Source of the DNA: an uncultured Desulfobacter sp.
Lineage (GTDB): Bacteria; Desulfobacterota; Desulfobacteria; Desulfobacterales; Desulfobacteraceae
Reading direction: 5' to 3'
Assembly (NCBI GenBank): GCA_963665095.1
Contig: OY762069.1
Span: 2,432,001 to 2,496,000 of the forward strand
DNA: 64,000 nucleotides
Shown: positions 20,157 to 29,836 of the stretch, piece by piece
Layout: the number at the start of each line of letters is the position of its first letter
Position numbering within the stretch: position 1 is the first letter of the stretch
Translations under genes and position numbers: made by a program
Notes under the pieces: generated by a model
Database searches by the model: none
The model's input: only the letters and a program-made list of their open reading frames with translations
Told to the model about the DNA's origin: nothing

Positions 20157-21519
20157 GCATCTTTCCTCTCTTTTTTGGGGTTCTTAGGCTTTTTGACTCC
20201 TGCGTCTGTGTTAACTGAATCATCCGCTTGCCCGGGTTGACATTTTCCGGTGGAAAGGGGCGGATCTGAAATTTTCCCAGCTCCAGCCGGCCTGAATCCA
20301 TGGCCTTTTTTACCCCGTTAATCTTTTCAACAGCCGGTGTCACTGCCTGCCCGGTCAGGGAGGGCCCGGCAACAAATATATCCATCTCCAGAAGTACTCT
20401 GTCTGAATCACTGTGTACCCGGGCGATAAAATCAACCACACCGGGAAGAGTGAACAACGCATCATCCAGATCTGCCATGGACAGCCTGCAGCCTGAATCA
20501 AGGGGCAGGCCTGAAAGTTCCCGGCTTTTCACCCGGTCAAGCCGGGGGAAGGGGCTGCCGCAGGCGCAATCCCCGGCCAGCCACCGGGAAATATCACCTG
20601 TCCGGTATCGGATCAGGGGCATGGCCTGTCGTGAAAGGGTGGTCACCACCACCTCCCCCCATGACCCCGGCGGAAGGGCACGACCGGTTTCCGGGTCCAC
20701 AATCTCAATCACCAGGTGGGGATACCGGAGATGCAGGCCACTGCCGGAAGGGCATTGCATGGCCGCCCCAAAACCGGTCTCCGTCAGCCCGTACTGTGAC
20801 AGGACCCGGGCATTGAACCGTTCTTCAACCCTTCTGGCCAGCACCGGGCTGACATGATCTCCGGTTAAAATAAAAAAGGGAACTTTTGGGATCTCAAGGC
20901 CCTGAGCCGCCATGTACTCCCCTAAAGCCAGCATCTGCACCGGCAGGCCGATGATCACGCCCGGCGATTCTTTTTGCAGGACCAGTGCTGCTTTTTTAAA
21001 ATCCATGACCGGGCCATGCACCAAAGGATTCCCCCCGGCATCAGCCGCCGCCCGGGCGATCAGCTCCCCGGCGGACAGGGGACGTGTGCCGGGGAAAAAA
21101 ATCAGGCAGGTACGCCCCGGTTCCAGGACGTCACTAAGAATGGCGCTGAAATAGTGCCGGGTCATCATCAGCTCTTCACTGGTGAAACAGATCCGTTTGG
21201 CAGGGCCGGTGGTGCCCGAAGTCTCCAGGGTAAAAATTCTGTCCACCTGCGCCTGGGACATACAGGCAAATTTGGGTCCGGACACACTGATATCTTCCGG
21301 TGTGGTAAAGGGCCCAAGGCTCAGGTGGTCCATACTGGAAAACTTATTTATATCCACGCAGCCCAGGTGCCGGCTGTAAAACCGGCTTCTCGCCTTTGCC
21401 CAGGCAAGCGTCTTTTTCAGCGCGGCCATCTGGAATTTTTCAAGCCGGCCCGGATCAGGCGTCGAAAGCCCCGTCTGCCGGCACACCCAGGTATCAAGAA
21501 ATCCATCAAATTCAGCCAT
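20143..21519 (-). CDS. DVU_1553-type AMP-dependent CoA ligase (PaaK-like)
   Basis: TSGTTGPAKR, YGLTETG, MPLIRYRTGD. Confidence 0.85.
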   Translation of the reverse strand: MAEFDGFLDTWVCRQTGLSTPDPGRLEKFQMAALKKTLAWAKARSRFYSRHLGCVDINKFSSMDHLSLGPFTTPEDISVSGPKFACMSQAQVDRIFTLETSGTTGPAKRICFTSEELMMTRHYFSAILSDVLEPGRTCLIFFPGTRPLSAGELIARAAADAGGNPLVHGPVMDFKKAALVLQKESPGVIIGLPVQMLALGEYMAAQGLEIPKVPFFILTGDHVSPVLARRVEERFNARVLSQYGLTETGFGAAMQCPSGSGLHLRYPHLVIEIVDPETGRALPPGSWGEVVVTTLSRQAMPLIRYRTGDISRWLAGDCACGSPFPRLDRVKSRELSGLPLDSGCRLSMADLDDALFTLPGVVDFIARVHSDSDRVLLEMDIFVAGPSLTGQAVTPAVEKINGVKKAMDSGRLELGKFQIRPFPPENVNPGKRMIQLTQTQESKSLRTPKKRGKMHEIL

Positions 21520-22870
21520 GATGCCGGTACAATCCTTTGCCAGAGGCCGATGTCAGGTTATAGGCGCAAAAGGGGATCAGGCGGCCGTCCGGTGCAACCC
21601 CATGGATGCAGCACCCTTTAAGCCGTTCCAGGTCCAGGTTCCACACATCCTGGAACGCCATGCCGGATACTGTGAACATGCCCTGTTCTGCCTGGCGCAA
21701 AAACCGGTCCAGGCCGTCTTCCTGGCATTTGCAGGTGGTACCTGACGGATTTGTTCCCGGCTTGTTTGGCGTCTGCCAGTGGCGCACCACCGCTTCTTTT
21801 GCCCTGCGCGAGCCCTGTTCCGCCCGCACCGGTGTACAGCAGGCCGTATCCAGGAGGGTGAGCCGGCTTAAAGTGCCGTCAGGCTTTCGCAAAAATTTGC
21901 CCGTGAATGAACAAAGGGCATGTTCACAGGCTGACGGCTTAAAATCATTGACGCAGATTTTGCCGTGGGTCTGTTTTTCAAGGGCATCAAGGACCTCAGG
22001 GATGGTGATCCGGTTTGAATCCTCTGGTGCGGCGCCATGGCGGCCAAAATAGCTCACCGGCTGGAAATGCACGCCCCGTACAGCCGGGGCATGGGCCAGG
22101 CCGAATTCAATGATCCGGCCAATCTCATGAACATTGATCCCCGGGACCAGGGTGGGCACCAGCACCACGCCAATGCCACTGTCAGCACAGGCCCGGATGG
22201 CAGCCTGTTTGATTTCAAACAACGGCCGGCCGCGAAGAGTGTCATAGACCGCGTCCGTCACCCCGTCAAACTGCAGAAAAAGCGATGCCAGACCAGCGTC
22301 AGCCAGCCGGGTGGTAAAGCTTAGGTCTTCTCCCAGCTTCACCCCGTTGGTATTGAGCTGCACAAACCTGAACCCGACCTCTTTGGCCCGGGCTACAATC
22401 TGCGGCAGATCTTTCCGCAGGGAGGGCTCACCCCCGGACAGCTGAAGATTGCAGTCAGGACTGACGGCAATCACCTTTTCCATCAATGATGTTAAAGTCG
22501 CAAGGTCCGGATCTGCACCGGGGAGGGCACCGGCATCGGCAAAGCAGAACCGGCAGTTCAGGTTGCACCGGCCTGTGATATCCAGGACTGCCGTGCAGGT
22601 GTGCTGGCGGTGGTCCGGGCACAGCCCGCAGTCAAAGGGACAGCCATCCTGAATCTGCGTCATGGTAAACCGCTGCTCTATGGGAATTTTCGGCCGGACC
22701 CACCGGTCATAAAGTTGCCGCCCCTGCCAGATTCTGGCTTTGAAATCACCATGGTCCGGGCAGGTTTTTTCCAGGTAAATGGCCTCCCCTTCAGCCGTAT
22801 GCCGGGCATCAATGCGTTTCAGGCACTGGGGACAAAGGCTCTGGGTCTGGTAGGGCAAATTTTCGATCAT
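21512..22870 (-). CDS. trsS: Radical SAM protein, TrsS (DVU_1554) family
   Basis: CNLNCRFC radical SAM motif, N-terminal SLCPQC..KTCPDHG, GCPFDCGLC, C-terminal CCIH..IPFCAYN. Confidence 0.85.
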   Translation of the reverse strand: MIENLPYQTQSLCPQCLKRIDARHTAEGEAIYLEKTCPDHGDFKARIWQGRQLYDRWVRPKIPIEQRFTMTQIQDGCPFDCGLCPDHRQHTCTAVLDITGRCNLNCRFCFADAGALPGADPDLATLTSLMEKVIAVSPDCNLQLSGGEPSLRKDLPQIVARAKEVGFRFVQLNTNGVKLGEDLSFTTRLADAGLASLFLQFDGVTDAVYDTLRGRPLFEIKQAAIRACADSGIGVVLVPTLVPGINVHEIGRIIEFGLAHAPAVRGVHFQPVSYFGRHGAAPEDSNRITIPEVLDALEKQTHGKICVNDFKPSACEHALCSFTGKFLRKPDGTLSRLTLLDTACCTPVRAEQGSRRAKEAVVRHWQTPNKPGTNPSGTTCKCQEDGLDRFLRQAEQGMFTVSGMAFQDVWNLDLERLKGCCIHGVAPDGRLIPFCAYNLTSASGKGLYRHHG

Positions 22871-23289
22871 TCTTCAGTTTCCGGGTCTGCCGGGTCAATG
22901 CCCTTTTCCACCAGGATCTCCATGAGCCGGTCATGGGCCTGCCCTAAAAGCTGTCCGCAGGTATCCGGGTTCATTTTGGGATAAAAAGGTCCTGAGATCT
23001 CTTTGCAGGCCTGGCACCCGCCGGCCATGGCGGTAAAATCAGCGTTAAAGGTCGTTCGGGCCTGAAGAAAGCTGTCATTATCATGGCACAGGTAAAGGGC
23101 CAGGATGCCGATGCCGGCGGTCAGAATCCCGCACGCCCCGGTGTCCGAGCCATGGCCCAGGCAAAGGCCCCGGGCAAAGCCAATGAGATCCGGATTTTCC
23201 CGATCCATGATATCCAGCACCAGCCGGACCATGATCTGGCTGCAGCAAAGGCCGTCCGATTTCAGCTTGAGAATTTCAATATTATCCAT
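22867..23289 (-). CDS. DVU_1555-type C-GCAxxG-C-C redox protein
   Basis: GLCCSQI, GACGILTAG motifs; ATGA overlap with trsS. Confidence 0.8.
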   Translation of the reverse strand: MDNIEILKLKSDGLCCSQIMVRLVLDIMDRENPDLIGFARGLCLGHGSDTGACGILTAGIGILALYLCHDNDSFLQARTTFNADFTAMAGGCQACKEISGPFYPKMNPDTCGQLLGQAHDRLMEILVEKGIDPADPETEE

Positions 23290-23319
23290 GATGCCTTATC
23301 TCTCCAATTTGAGTGTCTG

Positions 23320-24000
23320 TCAGACACGCCGGGCAATGATCATCGCGTATCCCGGTTTCAGTTTTCCCTGCCGGCAGGCTCCTGCAAGGCCCGTATTAAT
23401 GACATCGCAGGTCAAATGCTGCCAGAACGCATCCATACTGCCGTGTTCAAACACCATTTCACAGGCCATCTGTTTCAAAAGCGGCGTATGGTCCTCCCGG
23501 CAAAATATTTCAAATCCGGCTTTCTCCACTGCCATGGCCAGAGCGTCTAAAGTCATGGCCCCGTCCAGGCAGGTGACAGGCGGGTTACATGCAGGTGGCG
23601 CCATATGGGCCGGATGGGCAGGGTCCGGCAGCACCAGATCCGCAAGCACCAGTCTGCCGCCGGGTTTCAGCAGCCGATAAAATGCTTCAAGACAGGCATT
23701 TTTGTCCGGGACCAGGGAGAGCACGCATTCACAAAAAATCCCGTCAAACACACCCGGCCTGAATGGCAGGGCCTCAAGCGCCGCGGCAACAGCTGAAAAG
23801 CCCCCCTCTTCCTGTCCCTGGACCAGCCGCAGGCTTCCTGCATCCACACCAACCGCCTGTACGCCTTTTTCCCGGGTCAGAAATCTGACTGTGGCCCCGA
23901 ACCCGCACCCGGCATCCAGCACTTTTTCGCCCGGTTCAAATCCGCAAGACTCAGCCGCCTTGCGGGTCAAATCCAGCCCGCCGGGCCTATTTGTCCTCAA
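23320..24000 (-). CDS. trsM: DVU_1556-type SAM methyltransferase
   Basis: RPGGLDLT, VLDAGCGFG, ECVLS, LKPGG; start position uncertain. Confidence 0.8.
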   Translation of the reverse strand: MRTNRPGGLDLTRKAAESCGFEPGEKVLDAGCGFGATVRFLTREKGVQAVGVDAGSLRLVQGQEEGGFSAVAAALEALPFRPGVFDGIFCECVLSLVPDKNACLEAFYRLLKPGGRLVLADLVLPDPAHPAHMAPPACNPPVTCLDGAMTLDALAMAVEKAGFEIFCREDHTPLLKQMACEMVFEHGSMDAFWQHLTCDVINTGLAGACRQGKLKPGYAMIIARRV

Positions 24001-26557
24001 GGATGTGCTCCACTTCGGCCATTCTGGTACGACTCAGATGGGCACTGATAAATACCGTGCCACACGCCCTGCACTGGGGCAGATCCACATCAAACCGGGA
24101 GCCTAAGTACTCCACATGGTTTTTATAAAATGCCAGAGGCGCATCACACGCCCCGCAGCGCAGGTCCGGGTCATGGTTTTCATCTGGTTTGCCGTCAATA
24201 AAGGTGGCGGACGGGACAATGGTCATACGGTGGGCCCAGGTATCAAGCACCTCGTAGCTCGTGTCGCTGGTGTTAAATTCCACCCAGAAACAGACATTGC
24301 CGAATCGATAATTTGTGATCCGGCTGGCTTTCCCGGTATGGGTGAAAAATTCAAGGGTGTCGGTTTCAAAATGGTCCAGCACCTGTTTGATATCAGACAA
24401 CAGGATAAACTGCTCTTCCATGGCAAGGGCCACTTCAGGCGGCACAAAAAGCGTGCGCCCTGACGGGGTGACAAGGTCTTTCTGCGGGTCAGCCGTATCT
24501 GCGGGCATCACCCCTGCGACAAGCGCGGCTTTAAACAGTACCCGGTTCATCCGGCGCAGGGAAAACCCGGGATCAGGCCGGGCCGCAGCGTCCACGACCC
24601 GTAGGTCCGCTGTCTGGCAGGGGTCCCCGGGGGCCGGCCAGAAAAAATCCAGAATATGGAAAGTCCTGTGGCCGGTGCCGGCCAGGCGGTCCCGGCACAT
24701 GGCGCAATAGGCGATGTAATCCAGGTCGGACTGCCCTGCCCTGTTTTGGATAATCTGTTTTCCCATTTTCGGGTTGGCGTTAAAGGTTAGCCCGCCAAAT
24801 CCGCAGCACTCGGTCAGCGCCCCGGATGCAGCAAGTTCGCTGACCGCGACACCAGCACGATCCGCCAGGATGCGCACGGCATCCTGGATATCTTTGTCCT
24901 CGCGACCGGTGCAGGGGTCTGCCACGGCAGCTGAAATCCCTGTACAGCCCTTGTCCGGCTGACACCCGACATCTGCCATGATCCGGTAAAGGGATATAAT
25001 TTTCTCTTTGGGGATGATTTTCTCCAGCATCCGGCTGCAGGAGGTACAGGCCGTGACCACCTCGGGTGTCCCCCATTGTTCCCACAAAGCTTTAAAATCA
25101 GCCAGCCCCTTTTCAAACAGGTCGCTCCTGCCGGCCCAGAAAGCCGGGGCACTGCAGCAGCCCGCCACAATTCCTGTGGCCGGGGTCTGGTCCTTGAGCC
25201 AGGCATAGGCTTTCGCCACCTGGGACGGTGCAGATCCCACCAGCTGGCATCCCGGGAAAAACATCCGGTCAGAGTGGTCCAGGCCTTTGGCGTGGCCTGC
25301 AAAAAAGCAGGCATCCCCCATGGCATGGTCCATCTCCTGCAGGGCAAATGCGTGGGCTGACGGGGGCATGCGGCCGTCTTTGATCATCTGTTGTCTTGCC
25401 TGCAGGCACAGCTGGGCCATGGAAAAATCATTGGGACAAACCGTGGTGCACAGATCGCACAGGGTGCAGGAGTTAGTCAAAAGATTGGCCTTGCGCTCCC
25501 CCATGACAATGGACAGATTATTGTAGATCTCTCTGGCATACCGGCCGGGGAACCCGCCAAAGGACTGAATAAAGGAGTTACAGGCCCGGATGCAGCGGGA
25601 ACAGTCGCACTGGTGGCAGCGGGCTGCCTCGGATGCTGCCAGTTCCGGGTCCGGGGACTGCCCGGCCGGAACCTTTCGGATACCTGTGGTAGGCGTTGGC
25701 GTAATCCTGGAAAGATCCGTGTCCAGGCGGGTGGTATAGGGGCCTTCCTTTTCCCTGCCCGCATCCAGGGAGACGCCGGACAGAATCCGGTCAATGGAGG
25801 TGGCAGCCTTGCGGCCCTGGAAGGCGAACTGCACGGGACTGCTGGTCGTGGTCACAGCCAGGCCGTCCAAAGAGAACCCTGCGTAAAAAACACCGGTATC
25901 ACCCTTTTTCAAAGAAAAGGCGTCCACCCCGTCAAGGCAGGTCTCAGGGGCCGGGCCATTGTCCGTGTCCAGCCCGATTAGCAGGGCATCAAACTGGTCT
26001 GACTGTTTTTCAAATTCCTGGTACGAAGTCCTGGTTTTAAAGAGGGCACCAAATTTTTTGAGCCGGTCAATCTCCTTATCCAGCACATCCGGCGGCAGGA
26101 TGGCTGCATCCAGGCGGACCAGGTGGCCGCAGGGCTGATCCGCCCCGTCAAAGAGCGTGACCTTGTACCCTTTAAGGCTTAAATCCCAGGCCGCCACAAG
26201 GCTTGAAGCACCAGTCCCCCAGATACCAACGGTTTTATCCTTGGCCGGCGGGGAAAAATATTTTTTCTGCCGGGATCTTGCCCGGACACAAATCCTCTCA
26301 AGGCAGCCAATGGCCAAAGGATCATCAACAGGCTCTCTGACACAGGCCGCTTCACACACATGATCGCAGATCCGCGACAGCACCTCGGGCAGGGGCAGTG
26401 TCTTTTCCAGGACTTTAAATGCCTTGTCAAAATCCCTTTGCGCCATGTGCTGCAAAAAGGTTTTCACATCCACATGAAAGGGGCAGGCAGCCGTGCAGAA
26501 GGCAGGCTCCTCCTGGATGCACCGCTGTTCAAACTGGGTCAGGGTGGATTTTTCCAT
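23987..26557 (-). CDS. Fe-S/pyridine nucleotide-disulfide oxidoreductase-like dicluster protein with CCG domains, C-terminally fused to a DVU_1557-like CxxC domain
   Basis: CTAACPFH, CHQCDCSRC, CTLCDLCTTVCP, FFPGCQL, CCGFGG, YCAMCRD; ends CGAC...LPQCRACG...EHILEDK. Confidence 0.82.
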   Translation of the reverse strand: MEKSTLTQFEQRCIQEEPAFCTAACPFHVDVKTFLQHMAQRDFDKAFKVLEKTLPLPEVLSRICDHVCEAACVREPVDDPLAIGCLERICVRARSRQKKYFSPPAKDKTVGIWGTGASSLVAAWDLSLKGYKVTLFDGADQPCGHLVRLDAAILPPDVLDKEIDRLKKFGALFKTRTSYQEFEKQSDQFDALLIGLDTDNGPAPETCLDGVDAFSLKKGDTGVFYAGFSLDGLAVTTTSSPVQFAFQGRKAATSIDRILSGVSLDAGREKEGPYTTRLDTDLSRITPTPTTGIRKVPAGQSPDPELAASEAARCHQCDCSRCIRACNSFIQSFGGFPGRYAREIYNNLSIVMGERKANLLTNSCTLCDLCTTVCPNDFSMAQLCLQARQQMIKDGRMPPSAHAFALQEMDHAMGDACFFAGHAKGLDHSDRMFFPGCQLVGSAPSQVAKAYAWLKDQTPATGIVAGCCSAPAFWAGRSDLFEKGLADFKALWEQWGTPEVVTACTSCSRMLEKIIPKEKIISLYRIMADVGCQPDKGCTGISAAVADPCTGREDKDIQDAVRILADRAGVAVSELAASGALTECCGFGGLTFNANPKMGKQIIQNRAGQSDLDYIAYCAMCRDRLAGTGHRTFHILDFFWPAPGDPCQTADLRVVDAAARPDPGFSLRRMNRVLFKAALVAGVMPADTADPQKDLVTPSGRTLFVPPEVALAMEEQFILLSDIKQVLDHFETDTLEFFTHTGKASRITNYRFGNVCFWVEFNTSDTSYEVLDTWAHRMTIVPSATFIDGKPDENHDPDLRCGACDAPLAFYKNHVEYLGSRFDVDLPQCRACGTVFISAHLSRTRMAEVEHILEDK

Positions 26558-26586
26558 GGGGCATCCCCAAAGATATTAAACGGAAA

Positions 26587-26616
26587 CGCCCGCCGGAAAA
26601 TACTTCCCGGCGGGCG
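26587..26616 (-). terminator. GC-rich intergenic hairpin after mop (attenuator or mRNA stabiliser)
   Basis: cgcccgccgg / ccggcgggcg 10-bp stem. Confidence 0.6.
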
Positions 26617-26635
26617 ACCCGTCTATTTGTTAAAT

Positions 26636-29356
26636 TTAAAGTGCTTTCAGACCTGCAAGCACCTTGTCAGGCGTTGCCGGCAGGTTCTTGACCCGGACGC
26701 CGCAGGCATTGTAGATGCCATTGATCACGGCGGCATGAGGCGCTGTCAGGGGCAGTTCGCCCACGCCTGCCGCACCAAAGGGACCGTGTTCCCTGGGGGA
26801 CTCAACATAGTGCAGTTCAATATCGTCAGGAATATCCTGAATATAGGGCAGTCCTGCACCGCGCATATTGGAATGCTTTTTAATGTCTTCATAGTCCTCG
26901 GTCAGGGCCAGACCAATACCCTGGGCAATACCGCCGTACATCTGGCCGTCAACCACCAGGCGGTTGTTGATCTTACCCACATCAGCCACAGCCGTCATCT
27001 TGGTGACTTTTGCCTTGCCTGTGGCTGTATCCACACAAATTTCCGCCATGAACACCCCGTACATATAAACGGAGAAGGGGCTGCCCTGGCCGTTTTCATC
27101 ACACTCCTTGGCAGGCGCCGTCCATTTCCCGTCATATTCCACAGGAATGTTCTCCGCCTTCATCTCCTCGTAAGTGCGATAGGTGCCGTCGCTCTTTCTC
27201 ATGCCGCCCATAAGCAGTTCGCAGGCAGCCTTAACAGCCTGTCCCGTCACCACCTGGGAGCGGGAGCCACCGGCCGGGCCGGAGTTCGGGGTGATGGAGG
27301 TGTCGTTCATCACCAGCTTGATCTTATCAGGTGTAATTCCCATGGGGCGAAGGGCTTCATGGGCTGTTCCCAGGGACCCCATGTCTGCGCCCTGGCCGTG
27401 GTCTTCCCAGGAATTATAAAGAGTTATACTGTTGTCCTCGTTGAGCCGTACCCGGGCCTCGGAGCCATCCGGGCCGTCCAGGCCGCAGCCGTATACGCCG
27501 ATGGACAGGCCCACACCGCATTTTTCAGCATCCGTGGATTTGGCAGCAGCACTCTTTTTGGCTGCCTCATATTTGGGTTTAATAAGGTCCAGCATCTCGG
27601 GCAGGCTCCAGGAATCAGGGGTCTGGCCCGTGGGGGTGGTGGCCCCTTCTCTGTAGACATTTTTATACCGCAGGTCAAAGGGGTCCATGCCCAGTTTTTC
27701 CGCCAGGATATCAACGAGGCATTCTGACGGGAACTCGATCTCAGGGGCGCCGTATCCCCGGAAGGCAGATCCCCATGCGTGGTTGGTGCATACGGTGCGG
27801 CCTTCGCCCCGGATATTGGGGATATCATAACCGGCACCGATGAACTGGGCCCCGCGCAGGGTCAGAAGATCACCAAACTCGGAGTAAGGTCCGTGGTCCA
27901 CGCTCCAGTCCGCTTCCAGGGCCTTGATGTCGCCGTCTTTGGATGCGGCCATCCGGACATTGGTGAAGAACGGGGAGCGTTTGCCCGTATAGGTCTGCTG
28001 CTGGAACCAGGTGTAATTCAGGAACACAGGCTTGCCCGTAACAAGGGCGGCCACGCCCACCAGGGCTTCCATGGTGGGGGAAAATTTGTAGCCAAAGGTA
28101 CCTCCGGCCGGGTTCTGGACCAGGGTCAGTTTTTCAGGTTCAATGCCGATGCCCGGGGCAATCATGGCCAGGTGAAGGTGGATGCCGATGGATTTGGAAT
28201 GGATCGTAAGGGTTCCGTCCTCACCGGGATAGGCAAATCCCACATCCGGTTCAATGGGCATGTGGGGCTGGCGGGACACGTAGAAATCGTCCTCGGCGAC
28301 AACATCAGCCCCGTCAAAAATGGGGGCGGTCTCCTCGCCTTTTTTCAGGTTCTGGATATAGTACACATTGGGGGTGCCCGGATGAATCTCAATGGCGTCT
28401 TCAGCCATGGCTGCCGGCGCACTCATGTATTCGGGCAGGGGCTCCAGGTCCACCTTTACCTTGGCGGCTGCCGCCTTTGCGTTCTTTTCGGTGTCTGCAC
28501 AGACAATGGCAATGGCATCACCAAACTGGAACACTTTCTCATCACAGAGGATGGGCCGGTCCCAGCCGTCGCCTTTATTGGTTGGGAAAGTAATAAGCCC
28601 TGAAATCCGGTTCTTGCCGGGAACATCCTTGTGGGTGACAACTTTGTAAACACCGGGCATGGCTTCGGCTTCGGAAACGTCAATGCCCTTGATGTTGGCA
28701 TGGGAAATTTCGGCCTGTACCAGGGCCAGACGCAGGGTCTCTTCGGGCATTTTGATGCCTAAGTCCGCACCAAAGTCACAGGTGCCTGTCACCTTGGCCA
28801 CAGCGGAAGGCCGCGGATATTTGGTTCCCCAGATCCGGCCGTCTTCGGGGATCTGGAACATCAGGTCATCCATGGACATGTCGCCGTTGATGACCTTGGC
28901 AGCGGCCATTACCGAATCCACCAGCTGCTTGTAACCAGTACAGCGGCAGGCGTTTTTATATTTCTGGAACCACTCCCGGACATCTTCTCTGGTGGGATTT
29001 GGGTTAGTATCCAGCAACGCCTTGGTGGATACAATGAACCCGGGCGTACAGAAACCGCACTGGGCACCGCCGTGGGCAATCCAGGCCACCTGGATGGGAT
29101 GCAGTTTCTCCGGCGTGCCAATACCTTCCACCGTGGTGATGACAGACTCGTCCGGCACCCGTTTCATTTTGGTGATACAGGATCTGACCAGTTTGTCGTT
29201 TAAGATAACAGAACAGGCACCGCATTGTCCTTCTGAACACCCGACCTTGACGCCGGTGAGATGAAGGCTGTTCCTTAATACAGCGGACAGCATGTCATCC
29301 TCATTCACAATAACGGTTCGCTTAATACCATTGACTATAATTGTTTTATTGATCAT
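26636..29356 (-). CDS. mop: Molybdopterin-dependent aldehyde oxidoreductase (Mop/AOR, xanthine oxidase family)
   Basis: GCSEGQCGAC and QCGFCTPG [2Fe-2S] motifs, NACRCTGY, GGTFGYK, AFRGYG, GPAGGSR, GVGEL; 906 aa from ATG 29356 with AAGGAG RBS. Confidence 0.95.
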   Translation of the reverse strand: MINKTIIVNGIKRTVIVNEDDMLSAVLRNSLHLTGVKVGCSEGQCGACSVILNDKLVRSCITKMKRVPDESVITTVEGIGTPEKLHPIQVAWIAHGGAQCGFCTPGFIVSTKALLDTNPNPTREDVREWFQKYKNACRCTGYKQLVDSVMAAAKVINGDMSMDDLMFQIPEDGRIWGTKYPRPSAVAKVTGTCDFGADLGIKMPEETLRLALVQAEISHANIKGIDVSEAEAMPGVYKVVTHKDVPGKNRISGLITFPTNKGDGWDRPILCDEKVFQFGDAIAIVCADTEKNAKAAAAKVKVDLEPLPEYMSAPAAMAEDAIEIHPGTPNVYYIQNLKKGEETAPIFDGADVVAEDDFYVSRQPHMPIEPDVGFAYPGEDGTLTIHSKSIGIHLHLAMIAPGIGIEPEKLTLVQNPAGGTFGYKFSPTMEALVGVAALVTGKPVFLNYTWFQQQTYTGKRSPFFTNVRMAASKDGDIKALEADWSVDHGPYSEFGDLLTLRGAQFIGAGYDIPNIRGEGRTVCTNHAWGSAFRGYGAPEIEFPSECLVDILAEKLGMDPFDLRYKNVYREGATTPTGQTPDSWSLPEMLDLIKPKYEAAKKSAAAKSTDAEKCGVGLSIGVYGCGLDGPDGSEARVRLNEDNSITLYNSWEDHGQGADMGSLGTAHEALRPMGITPDKIKLVMNDTSITPNSGPAGGSRSQVVTGQAVKAACELLMGGMRKSDGTYRTYEEMKAENIPVEYDGKWTAPAKECDENGQGSPFSVYMYGVFMAEICVDTATGKAKVTKMTAVADVGKINNRLVVDGQMYGGIAQGIGLALTEDYEDIKKHSNMRGAGLPYIQDIPDDIELHYVESPREHGPFGAAGVGELPLTAPHAAVINGIYNACGVRVKNLPATPDKVLAGLKAL

Positions 29357-29668
29357 TACGGAATCTCCTTTCTTGAAATTTGAAAGCACGCCGGCTAAAG
29401 ACTTATGAAGCATTCTGGCGGTCCCGCCGAAGATAGTTTTGTCCTCCCTTGTGGATCTACTATCCATAAAGCCGGGCTTAGTCAAGTTATTTTATAAATT
29501 CAATTCATTGTATGTAAAACGCCAAAAATAATGACAGTTAAAAACATTGTTTGACGACTTTAGACGACTTTTTTACGATACATTGACAAACTGTCCGGAT
29601 CAGATACCACGCGCCATGAGGCCACTGAATCTTGAAGAAAAATCCAGACCACCCTTCCGGATAATTTA

Positions 29669-29697
29669 TTGACAAACCAAACCAATTCCTTTAAAAG
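29669..29697 (+). promoter_or_regulatory. sigma70-like promoter of the tRNA
   Basis: TTGACA - 17 bp - TAAAAG ending 10 bp before the tRNA. Confidence 0.5.
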
Positions 29698-29707
29698 ACA
29701 AACTTAC

Positions 29708-29794
29708 GCCGGAGTGGTGGAATTGGTAGACGCAGAGGATTCAAAATCCTCCGGGCGCAAGCTCTTGCGAGTTCAAGTCTCGCCTCCGGTACCA
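29708..29794 (+). tRNA. tRNA-Leu(CAA)
   Basis: GCCGGAG acceptor, D-arm GGAATTGGTAGAC, anticodon arm GAGGA-TTCAAAA-TCCTC, long variable arm, GTTCAAGT T-loop, 3' ACCA. Confidence 0.96.
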
Positions 29795-29802
29795 AGAATA
29801 TA

Positions 29803-29836
29803 AGGGCTTTCAGCGATTCAGCCGAGAGCCTTTTTA
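29803..29836 (+). terminator. Terminator after tRNA-Leu
   Basis: ggctttc...gagagcc stem followed by T-run. Confidence 0.6.

Noticed and set aside
14003..26557. Selenocysteine read-through of TGA stops in the yedE and trs clusters
   Set aside because: The TGA stops checked (15903, 21512, 22867, 23320) fall at expected C-termini or overlap the next start; the redox motifs are Cys-encoded.
26360..28603. Long antisense ORFs (455 aa, 274 aa) and similar ones opposite the TonB receptor, carboxyltransferase, pirin and iorA
   Set aside because: Shadow frames of GC-rich genes with no recognisable motifs.
26636..29485. 949-aa N-terminally extended Mop in the ORF track
   Set aside because: Homology and RBS support ATG 29356 (906 aa); the extension is leader/promoter sequence.
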